Of a DNA stretch of 64,000 nucleotides, positions 54,084-64,000 are shown piece by piece (positions within the stretch are counted from its first letter, which is position 1; every line of letters begins with the position of its first letter). The notes below the pieces were generated by a model, which ran no database searches, was not told the DNA's origin, and was given only the letters and a program-made list of their open reading frames with translations. The stretch is from NCBI RefSeq assembly GCF_000026545.1, contig NC_011601.1. The stretch is one strand, 5' to 3'. This DNA comes from Escherichia coli O127:H6 str. E2348/69. Its GTDB lineage: Bacteria; Pseudomonadota; Gammaproteobacteria; Enterobacterales; Enterobacteriaceae. The translations under genes and the position numbers were made by a program.

Positions 54084-54869
54084 TTAGCGCACTAAATAAC
54101 CGCCATCAACCACTAATAAATGTCCGTTGACATAATTCGATGCCGGACTTGCGAGGAATACGGCTGCACCCATTAAATCCTGAGTATCACCCCAACGGTT
54201 TGCCGGAATATGATCAAGAACACGCTGGTTAGTTTCTGGATTACTACGGGTCGCCAGCGTAATATCGGTTGCATAATAACCAGGAGCAATACCATTCACC
54301 TGAATATTATATTGGCCTAATTCATCGCAATAGGCTTTGGTGAATCCGGCAAGAGCATGTTTAGTGGCAGAATAAGCAGGTGACCATTGACCACCTAAGT
54401 AAGAGAACAATGAACAGATATTAATGATTTTACCGCTTTTCTGCGGGATCATAATTTTTGCCGCTTCGTAGCTTAACTCGAATGCGGCGGTCAGGTTCAC
54501 GTCAATCATCGGGTCCCAGTCGGCACGACCAAAGTCCAGCACCTTATTCAGCTTACAAATACCGGCATTGTTAACCAGAATATCTACGGTACCGAAGCGC
54601 TCACAGCAGGCAGCGATAATCTTCTGCGGCGCGCCTTCTGCGGTGATATCCACCTGCATAAAATCAACTTCGACACCCTGTTTTTCAATCATTTCCTTTG
54701 TTTCGCCGTTATCTTTGACGAAACTAGGAATAAAGACATTTGCGCCAGCTTTGGCCAACGCCATGGCAAATGCCTGGCCTAAACCGCTATTCCCGCCAGT
54801 AACAATTGCTGTTTTACCTTTCAGGGAGAAAAAATCCATTGAGAACGCATTGAGAGATTCGATTGACAT
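54084..54869 (-). CDS. ygcW: Short-chain dehydrogenase/reductase YgcW (261 aa)
   Basis: TGGNSGLG Rossmann motif; start at MSIES with a GGAG ribosome-binding site. The longer six-frame ORF runs through a terminator hairpin and was rejected. Confidence 0.9.
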   Translation of the reverse strand: MSIESLNAFSMDFFSLKGKTAIVTGGNSGLGQAFAMALAKAGANVFIPSFVKDNGETKEMIEKQGVEVDFMQVDITAEGAPQKIIAACCERFGTVDILVNNAGICKLNKVLDFGRADWDPMIDVNLTAAFELSYEAAKIMIPQKSGKIINICSLFSYLGGQWSPAYSATKHALAGFTKAYCDELGQYNIQVNGIAPGYYATDITLATRSNPETNQRVLDHIPANRWGDTQDLMGAAVFLASPASNYVNGHLLVVDGGYLVR

Positions 54870-54893
54870 AGTTAGCTCCAATTTCCGTAAGGC

Positions 54894-54940
54894 AAAAAAA
54901 AAGAAAGGTAACTTCCCCCGCGAGAGGGAAGTTACCTTTC
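54894..54940 (-). terminator. Strong intrinsic-terminator-like hairpin plus U9 tract in the ygcW leader (minus strand)
   Basis: 15-bp perfect stem gaaaggtaacttccc / gggaagttacctttc with 8-nt loop. The plus strand has A9 just 5' of the stem, so a minus-strand transcript has U9 immediately 3'. It lies about 25 nt upstream of the ygcW start codon. Confidence 0.6.
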
Positions 54941-54993
54941 TCATTATCTCTGGTAACTGGAGATAATTTTTAGCATAAGGACATAACTGCTAA

Positions 54994-55009
54994 TGTGATC
55001 GTAATCACA
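54994..55009. promoter_or_regulatory. Consensus CRP-binding site in the ygcW / yqcE divergent intergenic region
   Basis: TGTGAtcgtaaTCACA is a perfect match to the TGTGA-N6-TCACA CRP core. Confidence 0.6.
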
Positions 55010-55186
55010 GTGTGATGTTCGTATTGTCAAATAATTTAAAAAAGCAGAAGCGTGATTACTCTCACACAACACCTCTGCTTTCCATGTTATTTCTTATTGC
55101 AATTACTAGAGACCTGAGAAAAGTAATCCACCTGAAAGGGCGGCTTACTTTTCTCTTTTTTTGTCTATTACAAATGGGAATACGAT

Positions 55187-56464
55187 ATGCAACACAACTC
55201 ATATCGCCGTTGGATAACCCTCGCGATAATTAGTTTTAGCGGCGGCGTTAGTTTCGACCTGGCTTATTTACGTTATATTTATCAAATTCCCATGGCAAAA
55301 TTTATGGGATTCAGCAATACCGAGATAGGTTTAATAATGAGTACCTTTGGTATTGCGGCCATTATTTTCTATGCCCCTAGCGGCGTTATTGCCGATAAAT
55401 TTTCACATCGCAAAATGATTACTTCCGCGATGATCATTACCGGATTACTGGGTCTGTTAATGGCAACATATCCACCGCTGTGGGTAATGCTCTGTATTCA
55501 GGTCGCCTTTGCGATAACGACGATTTTAATGCTGTGGTCGGTGTCGATTAAAGCCGCATCGTTGCTGGGCGATCATAGCGAGCAAGGGAAAATTATGGGC
55601 TGGATGGAAGGGCTGCGCGGCGTCGGTGTAATGTCGCTGGCGGTGTTTACCATGTGGGTCTTTTCTCGCTTTGCACCGGATGACAGCGCCAGCCTGAAAA
55701 CGGTCATTATTATCTATAGTGTGGTTTACATTCTGCTGGGCATTTTGTGTTGGTTTTTTGTTAGCGATAACAACAATCTGCGCAGTGCCAATAACGAAGA
55801 AAAACAGTCATTCCAGCTTAGCGACATCCTGGCCGTTTTGCGCATCAGCACCACCTGGTATTGCAGCATGGTGATTTTTGGTGTCTTCACCATCTACGCC
55901 ATTCTGAGTTACTCCACCAACTATCTGACCGAAATGTACGGCATGTCGTTGGTGGCGGCGAGCTACATGGGGATTGTGATCAACAAAATCTTCCGCGCGC
56001 TGTGCGGCCCACTTGGCGGCATTATCACCACCTACAGTAAAGTGAAATCCCCTACCCGCGTGGTCCAAATCCTTTCCATCATCGGTTTGCTGGCGTTGAC
56101 AGCCCTGCTCGTCACGAACTCTAACCCGCAATCGGTCGCGATGGGGATTGGCCTGATTTTATTACTGGGATTCACCTGTTACGCCTCACGCGGGCTGTAC
56201 TGGGCCTGCCCTGGCGAAGCGAGAACACCGTCTTACATTATGGGCACCACGGTAGGTATTTGTTCGGTGATTGGATTTCTGCCGGATGTCTTCGTTTACC
56301 CGATTATCGGCTACTGGCAAGACACCCTGCCCGCTGCAGAAGCCTACCGCAACATGTGGCTAATGGGCATGGCGGCGCTTGGCATGGTGATCATCTTTAC
56401 CTTTTTGCTGTTCCAAAAAATTCGTACTGCTGATAGCGCCCCCGCAATGGCTAGCAGCAAGTAA
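55187..56464 (+). CDS. yqcE: MFS transporter YqcE
   Basis: 425-aa 12-TM MFS protein. Confidence 0.9.
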   Translation: MQHNSYRRWITLAIISFSGGVSFDLAYLRYIYQIPMAKFMGFSNTEIGLIMSTFGIAAIIFYAPSGVIADKFSHRKMITSAMIITGLLGLLMATYPPLWVMLCIQVAFAITTILMLWSVSIKAASLLGDHSEQGKIMGWMEGLRGVGVMSLAVFTMWVFSRFAPDDSASLKTVIIIYSVVYILLGILCWFFVSDNNNLRSANNEEKQSFQLSDILAVLRISTTWYCSMVIFGVFTIYAILSYSTNYLTEMYGMSLVAASYMGIVINKIFRALCGPLGGIITTYSKVKSPTRVVQILSIIGLLALTALLVTNSNPQSVAMGIGLILLLGFTCYASRGLYWACPGEARTPSYIMGTTVGICSVIGFLPDVFVYPIIGYWQDTLPAAEAYRNMWLMGMAALGMVIIFTFLLFQKIRTADSAPAMASSK

Positions 56465-56490
56465 GCCAGGAAAATTACAGGAGAAAAATC

Positions 56491-57969
56491 ATGTCGAAAA
56501 AATACATCATAGGGATTGATGGCGGAAGTCAGAGCACAAAAGTGGTGATGTACGATCTGGAAGGTAATGTGGTTTGCGAAGGCAAAGGCTTATTGCAGCC
56601 GATGCACACGCCAGATGCCGATACCGCAGAACATCCTGACGACGATTTATGGGCATCACTATGTTTTGCCAGTCACGATTTGATGAGCCAGTTTGCCGGA
56701 AATAAAGAAGATATTGTCGGCATTGGCCTGGGCTCAATCCGTTGCTGCCGTGCGTTATTGAAAGCCGATGGTACGCCAGCCGCGCCGTTGATTAGCTGGC
56801 AGGATGCACGCGTTACACGCCCTTACGAACACACTAATCCTGACGTGGCCTATGTCACCTCTTTTTCGGGTTATCTGACACATCGCTTAACCGGCGAGTT
56901 TAAAGACAATATCGCCAACTATTTTGGTCAGTGGCCGGTGGATTATAAGAGCTGGGCATGGAGCGAAAATGCCGCGGTAATGGAAAAGTTTAATATCCCC
57001 CGCCAGATGCTTTTTGACGTGCAAATGCCAGGCACTGTTCTTGGGCATATCACACCACAAGCTGCGCTGGCGACACATTTCCCGGCTGGGCTGCCGGTTG
57101 TTTGTACCACCAGTGATAAACCGGTAGAAGCTCTGGGAGCCGGGTTACTGGATGATGAAACGGCGGTAATTTCTCTTGGCACCTACATCGCGTTGATGAT
57201 GAACGGCAAAGCACTGCCGAAAGATCCGGTCGCGTACTGGCCGATTATGTCTTCTATTCCGCAAACATTGCTGTATGAAGGTTACGGTATTCGCAAAGGC
57301 ATGTGGACGGTGAGCTGGCTGCGCGACATGTTAGGCGAGTCGTTAATTCAGGATGCCAAAGCACAGGATCTTTCACCGGAAGATTTGCTCAACAAAAAAG
57401 CGTCTTGCGTGCCACCTGGTTGTAATGGGCTGATGACGGTGCTGGACTGGCTGACCAATCCGTGGGAACCGTACAAACGCGGAATTATGATCGGCTTTGA
57501 TTCCAGCATGGATTACGCATGGATATATCGTTCGATACTGGAAAGCGTGGCGCTGACGCTGAAGAACAATTACGACAATATGTGTAATGAAATGAATCAC
57601 TTTGCAAAGCATGTGATCATTACTGGCGGCGGTTCGAACAGCGATCTGTTTATGCAGATTTTTGCCGACGTGTTCAACCTTCCGGCACGCCGTAACGCCA
57701 TTAATGGTTGTGCAAGTCTGGGGGCAGCGATCAATACGGCGGTAGGTCTGGGGCTATACCCGGATTACGCAACGGCTGTCGACAAAATGGTTCGCGTGAA
57801 AGATATCTTTATGCCTGTTGAGAGCAACGCCAAACGCTACGACGCGATGAATAAAGGCATTTTCAAAGACCTAACCAAACACACTGATGTGATCCTGAAA
57901 AAATCGTATGAAGTGATGCATGGGGAATTGGGGAATGCGGATTCGATCCAGAGCTGGTCGAATGCGTAA
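56491..57969 (+). CDS. ygcE: FGGY-family carbohydrate kinase YgcE
   Basis: 492 aa, FGGY N- and C-domains. Confidence 0.9.
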   Translation: MSKKYIIGIDGGSQSTKVVMYDLEGNVVCEGKGLLQPMHTPDADTAEHPDDDLWASLCFASHDLMSQFAGNKEDIVGIGLGSIRCCRALLKADGTPAAPLISWQDARVTRPYEHTNPDVAYVTSFSGYLTHRLTGEFKDNIANYFGQWPVDYKSWAWSENAAVMEKFNIPRQMLFDVQMPGTVLGHITPQAALATHFPAGLPVVCTTSDKPVEALGAGLLDDETAVISLGTYIALMMNGKALPKDPVAYWPIMSSIPQTLLYEGYGIRKGMWTVSWLRDMLGESLIQDAKAQDLSPEDLLNKKASCVPPGCNGLMTVLDWLTNPWEPYKRGIMIGFDSSMDYAWIYRSILESVALTLKNNYDNMCNEMNHFAKHVIITGGGSNSDLFMQIFADVFNLPARRNAINGCASLGAAINTAVGLGLYPDYATAVDKMVRVKDIFMPVESNAKRYDAMNKGIFKDLTKHTDVILKKSYEVMHGELGNADSIQSWSNA

Positions 57970-58088
57970 GTGAGATAAACAGTGCCGGGTAGATGATTAA
58001 TCCCGGCATATTCACGTTTCCACCACAAAATACCGGGTAACCACTGCTGAATATTGTTCTCTCCTGAGTAGCGTTTATGCTTTAATTG

Positions 58089-58102
58089 CTAAACCGATTT
58101 AA
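58089..58102. promoter_or_regulatory. Candidate ScrR (LacI-family) operator upstream of scrK
   Basis: ctaaaccgatttaa matches the perfect palindromes upstream of scrY (ctaaaccggtttag) at 12 of 14 positions. Confidence 0.35.
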
Positions 58103-58133
58103 TTAGTTTAGCAATTAGTATATTGGAGCCTTT

Positions 58134-59054
58134 ATGAGCGCAAGAGTATGGGTACTCGGTGATGCGGTTGTTGATTTATTACCCGAAAGCCAGGGGAGAC
58201 TACTACAGTGTCCTGGCGGGGCGCCTGCTAATGTTGCAGTCGGTATCGCAAGGCTGGGGGGGAAAAGTGCCTTTATTGGCAAAGTTGGCGATGATCCTTT
58301 CGGTCGCTTTATGTATCAGACACTGAGTACAGAAAATGTTGATACACGTTATATGTCTCTTGATCCTCAACAACGCACCTCAATTGTGGCTGTAGGACTT
58401 GATGAGCAAGGAGAAAGAAACTTTACCTTTATGGTACGCCCAAGTGCCGATCTTTTTTTACAACCTGATGACCTTCCTACATTTGGGCCGGGTGAATGGC
58501 TCCATCTTTGTTCCATTGCGCTCAGTGCAGAACCTTCCCGAAGTACCGCATTTCTGGCTATGGAGAAAATACGTCAGGCTGGCGGAAACATCAGTTTTGA
58601 TCCCAATATCCGCAGCGATCTCTGGCAGAGTGAAGCGCTATTAAGAAAATACCTTGATCGCGCGCTTTCGCTGGCGAATATCGCTAAATTGTCCGAAGAA
58701 GAGTTGCTATTCATCAGTGGCGAAAGCCAGGTTCAGCAAGGCGCATATTCATTAGTACAACGTTATTCGTTGACTTTATTGCTTATCACACAAGGAAAAA
58801 ATGGCGTACTTGTGTATTTTCAGGGGCAGTTTATCCACTATCCCGCCAAACCTGTTTCTGTCGTCGATACGACCGGGGCAGGAGATGCTTTTGTCGCTGG
58901 ATTACTTGCAGGTCTGGCTGATTCTGGAATACCAACAAATACCAGACAGCTTGAACGAATCATTGCACAAGCTCAGATTTGTGGTGCTCTGGCGACCACG
59001 GCTAAAGGCGCGATGACCGCCTTACCCCGACAACACGATCTCCCTTCACAATAG
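58134..59054 (+). CDS. scrK: Fructokinase (PfkB family) ScrK
   Basis: 306 aa; VLGDAVVDLLPE...LLQCPGGAPANVAVG...DTTGAGDAFVAGLLAGL is highly similar to enterobacterial ScrK. Confidence 0.85.
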   Translation: MSARVWVLGDAVVDLLPESQGRLLQCPGGAPANVAVGIARLGGKSAFIGKVGDDPFGRFMYQTLSTENVDTRYMSLDPQQRTSIVAVGLDEQGERNFTFMVRPSADLFLQPDDLPTFGPGEWLHLCSIALSAEPSRSTAFLAMEKIRQAGGNISFDPNIRSDLWQSEALLRKYLDRALSLANIAKLSEEELLFISGESQVQQGAYSLVQRYSLTLLLITQGKNGVLVYFQGQFIHYPAKPVSVVDTTGAGDAFVAGLLAGLADSGIPTNTRQLERIIAQAQICGALATTAKGAMTALPRQHDLPSQ

Positions 59055-59085
59055 TGATCCTGCTGTTGTATCTGTAACCCGATTT

Positions 59086-59101
59086 GTCGTGCCTGTCACA
59101 T
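59086..59101. promoter_or_regulatory. Candidate CRP site upstream of scrY
   Basis: TGTCGtgcctgTCACA has one perfect half-site and one imperfect half-site with correct spacing. Confidence 0.3.
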
Positions 59102-59104
59102 TTA

Positions 59105-59118
59105 CTAAATCGGTTTAG
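59105..59118. promoter_or_regulatory. Candidate ScrR operator (near-perfect palindrome) upstream of scrY
   Basis: ctaaatcggtttag, a 14-bp palindrome with one mismatch. Confidence 0.4.
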
Positions 59119-59163
59119 CGAAAATAATTGCTCTGGCTAAAAAGTCAGCTTTATTATCAACAC

Positions 59164-59177
59164 CTAAACCGGTTTAG
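59164..59177. promoter_or_regulatory. Candidate ScrR operator (perfect 14-bp palindrome) upstream of scrY
   Basis: ctaaaccggtttag is perfectly self-complementary and lies about 45 bp upstream of the scrY start. Confidence 0.45.
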
Positions 59178-59197
59178 CATTTTAGCAATTTTTATAA

Positions 59198-60739
<1,542 letters not shown>

Positions 60740-60747
60740 TACCAGAC

Positions 60748-60770
60748 AGCCTCACGGATGTGAGGCTTTT
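60748..60770 (+). terminator. Intercistronic hairpin plus T-tract between scrY and scrA (possible partial terminator / attenuator)
   Basis: agcctcac-ggat-gtgaggct followed by ttt. Confidence 0.4.
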
Positions 60771-60799
60771 ACTGAAATAACAATGAATTAGAGGGTTAT

Positions 60800-62170
60800 A
60801 TGGATTTCGATAAAATCGCCCAATCGTTGCTTCCTTTATTAGGTGGTAAGGAGAACATCGCCAGTGCAGCACATTGCGCCACTCGCCTACGGCTGGTACT
60901 GGTTGACGACACACTTGCCGATCAACATGCCATTGGCCAGATTGATGGAGTGAAAGGTTGTTTTCGTAATTCAGGGCAAATGCAAATCATCTTTGGCACC
61001 GGCGTGGTTAATAAAGTCTATGCTGCCTTTATTCAGGTTGCAGGTATTAGCGAATCCAGTAAAGCAGATACCGCTCGACTCGCCGCTCAAAAACTCAATC
61101 CTTTTCAGCGAATAGCACGGCTACTTTCTAATATTTTTGTCCCCATCATTCCAGCCATTGTTGCTTCTGGTTTATTAATGGGGCTCCTGGGAATGGTGAA
61201 AACATATGGCTGGGTGAATGCCGATAATGCGATTTATATCCTGCTGGATATGTGCAGTTCAGCCGCATTTATTATTCTCCCCATCCTTATTGGCTTTACT
61301 GCTGCTCGTGAATTTGGTGGAAATCCTTATCTTGGCGCGACATTAGGAGGGATTCTGACTCACCCGGCACTCACAAATGCCTGGGGCGTTGCTGCGGGAT
61401 TTCAGACAATGAACTTCTTCGGTTTTGAAATCGCCATGATTGGCTATCAGGGAACGGTTTTCCCCGTGCTTCTGGCAGTATGGTTTATGAGCATAGTGGA
61501 AAAACAGTTACGCAGGTTTATCCCTGATGCTCTGGATCTCATTCTGACGCCATTTCTGACTGTCGTCATTTCTGGCTTTATCGCTCTTTTGATTATTGGT
61601 CCGGCAGGACGAGCGTTAGGTGACGGTATCTCTTTCGTTCTCAGCACGCTGATTGCACACGCAGGCTGGTTAGCAGGGTTGTTATTCGGCGGGCTATATT
61701 CAGCGATTGTTATTACGGGTATTCATCATAGCTTCCACGCAATTGAAGCAGGACTTTTAGGTAACCCTGCAATCGGTGTTAATTTCCTGCTGCCTATTTG
61801 GGCAATGGCAAACGTTGCGCAAGGAGGTGCATGTCTGGCGGTATGGTTTAAAACCAAAGATACAAAAATTAAAGCAATCACCCTACCCTCGGCCTTTTCC
61901 GCAATGTTAGGGATTACTGAAGCCGCTATTTTTGGTATCAACCTTCGTTTTGTTAAACCTTTTATTGCGGCCTTAATTGGTGGCGCTGCCGGCGGTGCCT
62001 GGGTTGTCTCTGTTCACGTTTATATGACTGCCGTTGGTCTGACCGCAATACCCGGCATGGCAATCGTTCAGCCAACATCGTTGGTTAATTATATTATTGG
62101 AATGGTGATTGCTTTCGCTGTCGCTTTTAGCCTCTCTTTATTACTCAAATACAAAACGGACGAGGAGTAA
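60800..62170 (+). CDS. scrA: PTS sucrose-specific EIIBC component ScrA (456 aa)
   Basis: N-terminal EIIB cysteine motif (AAHCATRLR) followed by a glucose-family EIIC membrane domain. Confidence 0.9.
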   Translation: MDFDKIAQSLLPLLGGKENIASAAHCATRLRLVLVDDTLADQHAIGQIDGVKGCFRNSGQMQIIFGTGVVNKVYAAFIQVAGISESSKADTARLAAQKLNPFQRIARLLSNIFVPIIPAIVASGLLMGLLGMVKTYGWVNADNAIYILLDMCSSAAFIILPILIGFTAAREFGGNPYLGATLGGILTHPALTNAWGVAAGFQTMNFFGFEIAMIGYQGTVFPVLLAVWFMSIVEKQLRRFIPDALDLILTPFLTVVISGFIALLIIGPAGRALGDGISFVLSTLIAHAGWLAGLLFGGLYSAIVITGIHHSFHAIEAGLLGNPAIGVNFLLPIWAMANVAQGGACLAVWFKTKDTKIKAITLPSAFSAMLGITEAAIFGINLRFVKPFIAALIGGAAGGAWVVSVHVYMTAVGLTAIPGMAIVQPTSLVNYIIGMVIAFAVAFSLSLLLKYKTDEE

Positions 62171-63579
62171 TGTCGATGCCTTCACAAATGCCCGCGATTT
62201 TACAGGCAGTGATGAAAGGTCAGTCCAAAGCACTGGCAGATGCCCACTATCCTTGTTGGCATCTCGCTCCAGTCACCGGACTAATGAACGATCCAAATGG
62301 CTTTTGTTGGTCTGGAGGCCGCTATCATCTGTTTTATCAATGGAATCCACTGGCTTGTGATCATAAGTACAAATGTTGGGGGCACTGGAGTTCGACGGAT
62401 TTATTGCACTGGCAGCATGAACCATTAGCGCTAATGCCCGATAAAGAGTACGACCGTAATGGTTGTTACTCAGGAAGCGCGGTTAATAATCAGGGCGTTC
62501 TCACACTTTGCTATACCGGTAATGTTAAGTTTGATGATGGCAGCAGAACGGCATGGCAATGCCTGGCCACCGAAAATAACCAGGGCGGGTTTGATAAACT
62601 AGGCCCTGTCATACCGTTACCTGATGGTTACACCGGACATGTTCGTGATCCAAAAGTCTGGAAGCACAACAGCCAATGGTACATGGTGCTTGGCGCGCAA
62701 GATAAAGAGAAACGGGGGAAAGTGCTGCTGTATTCCTCTGTCGATCTCTATACCTGGTCTTTTCATGGAGAAATTGCTGGTAACGGTCTGAATGAAATAG
62801 ATAACGCAGGATACATGTGGGAATGTCCTGATCTTTTCGCCCTTGATGGTGAATACATTCTCCTCTGTTGCCCCCAGGGAATGGTGCGCGAACATGAGCG
62901 CTATCTGAATACTTATCCCTGCGCCTGGCTACATGGACAGTTTGATTACGAGACAGGCAAATTTACGCATGGCGCTTTCTCAGAGCTGGATGCGGGATTT
63001 GAATTCTATGCACCACAGACGATGGAAGCCCCGGACGGGCGACGATTGCTGGTCGGCTGGATGGGGGTTCCTGATGGCGAAGAGATGTTGCAGCCAACCA
63101 GAAAGCATCATTGGCAGCATCAAATGACCTGTTTTCGCGAACTCTCATTCCAGAAGGGAAAATTGTTTCAGATGCCAATCAGGGAACTCGCGCAACTGCG
63201 TGAAGCTGAACACTTCTGGCAAGGAAAAGCGGATCATGCGCCGCATGTCGAAATTGAACGCCTGGAAATGGACATCATTCCGTCGGGTGAGCTGTATCTG
63301 AATTTTGGCAATGCGCTGGCACTGCATCTTAATGACGATGGTATTCAACTACAGAGGAGAAGCCTTGCAGGGCAAGAGAAACTAACTCGTTACTGGCGAG
63401 GAAGCGTAACGTCACTGAAGATTCTCTGTGACAGTTCCAGCGTAGAGATATTCATCAATAATGGTGAAGGTGTAATGAGTAATCGTTATTTTCCCCATCA
63501 TCCAGCTTCGCTGATATTACAGGGTGAGTCTGACGTCACGTTACGCTACTGGTCGCTACGCGCCTGCATGGTAGAATGA
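62170..63579 (+). CDS. scrB: Sucrose-6-phosphate hydrolase (GH32) ScrB
   Basis: 469-aa ORF with GH32 motifs (NDPNG, RDPKV, EC); start overlaps the scrA stop. Confidence 0.9.
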   Translation: MSMPSQMPAILQAVMKGQSKALADAHYPCWHLAPVTGLMNDPNGFCWSGGRYHLFYQWNPLACDHKYKCWGHWSSTDLLHWQHEPLALMPDKEYDRNGCYSGSAVNNQGVLTLCYTGNVKFDDGSRTAWQCLATENNQGGFDKLGPVIPLPDGYTGHVRDPKVWKHNSQWYMVLGAQDKEKRGKVLLYSSVDLYTWSFHGEIAGNGLNEIDNAGYMWECPDLFALDGEYILLCCPQGMVREHERYLNTYPCAWLHGQFDYETGKFTHGAFSELDAGFEFYAPQTMEAPDGRRLLVGWMGVPDGEEMLQPTRKHHWQHQMTCFRELSFQKGKLFQMPIRELAQLREAEHFWQGKADHAPHVEIERLEMDIIPSGELYLNFGNALALHLNDDGIQLQRRSLAGQEKLTRYWRGSVTSLKILCDSSSVEIFINNGEGVMSNRYFPHHPASLILQGESDVTLRYWSLRACMVE

Positions 63580-63604
63580 GGGTTTTGAATTACGGATCCT
63601 CGTC

Positions 63605-64000
63605 GTGAGAAAAACCAAACGCGTTACTATTAAAGACATTGCTGAACTGGCGGGAGTGTCGAAAGCAACCGCCAGTCTGGTTCTCAATGGTCGTGGCAAA
63701 GAGTTACGTGTTGCGCAGGAAACGCGTGAGCGTGTGCTGAGTATTGCCCAACAGCAGCATTATCAGCCCAGCATTCATGCCCGCTCATTACGGGACAACC
63801 GCAGTCATACCATTGGTCTCGTCGTTCCTGAAATCACTAACTACGGATTTGCAGTATTTTCCCATGAACTGGAAACATTGTGTCGGGAAGCGGGCGTCCA
63901 GCTCCTCATATCCTGTACTGATGAAAATCCTTCACAGGAAACAATGGTGGTGAACAATATGATTGCCCGCCAGGTTGATGGGTTAATCGTCGCATCCAGT
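63605..64000 (+). CDS. scrR: LacI-family sucrose operon repressor ScrR, 5' part (continues beyond the window)
   Basis: GTG start; [29 protein letters not shown]... is a classic LacI-type HTH. Truncated by the window end. Confidence 0.8.
   Translation, partial: MRKTKRVTIKDIAELAGVSKATASLVLNGRGKELRVAQETRERVLSIAQQQHYQPSIHARSLRDNRSHTIGLVVPEITNYGFAVFSHELETLCREAGVQLLISCTDENPSQETMVVNNMIARQVDGLIVASS

Overview
This window reads as a ~64 kb chromosomal segment of a non-K-12 Escherichia coli (or Shigella-like) strain. Gene content and order follow the well-known hyc-hyp-fhlA-ygbA-mutS-pphB-ygbIJKLMN-rpoS-nlpD-pcm-surE-truD-ispFD-ftsB-ygbE-cysCND-iap-cysHIJ-queD-ygcNOPQRSUW-yqcE-ygcE backbone, and most start codons were placed so that protein lengths match the known orthologues. 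Against that backbone I see several accessory or decayed elements: (1) an IS200-like element, a DUF4259-like small ORF and a higBA toxin-antitoxin pair at the hycI end; (2) a di-TOBE molybdate-binding (Mop-like) gene immediately after fhlA; (3) an ecdBCD decarboxylase cluster plus MarR-type hosA between ygbN and rpoS; (4) rpoS inactivated by a +1 frameshift in a short homopolymer; (5) no CRISPR array or cas genes between iap and cysH, where instead there is a frameshifted hok-family toxin gene and an IS481-like transposase; (6) a sucrose PTS regulon (scrK-scrY-scrA-scrB-scrR) after ygcE. I could not identify a clearly novel multi-gene system. The most interesting leads are the rpoS null allele, the iap-cysH replacement locus, the Mop gene coupled to fhlA, and a CRP site plus leader terminator next to a GlpP-like antiterminator gene in the uncharacterised ygc cluster. 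All comparisons to K-12 and other strains are from memory, not from a database search.
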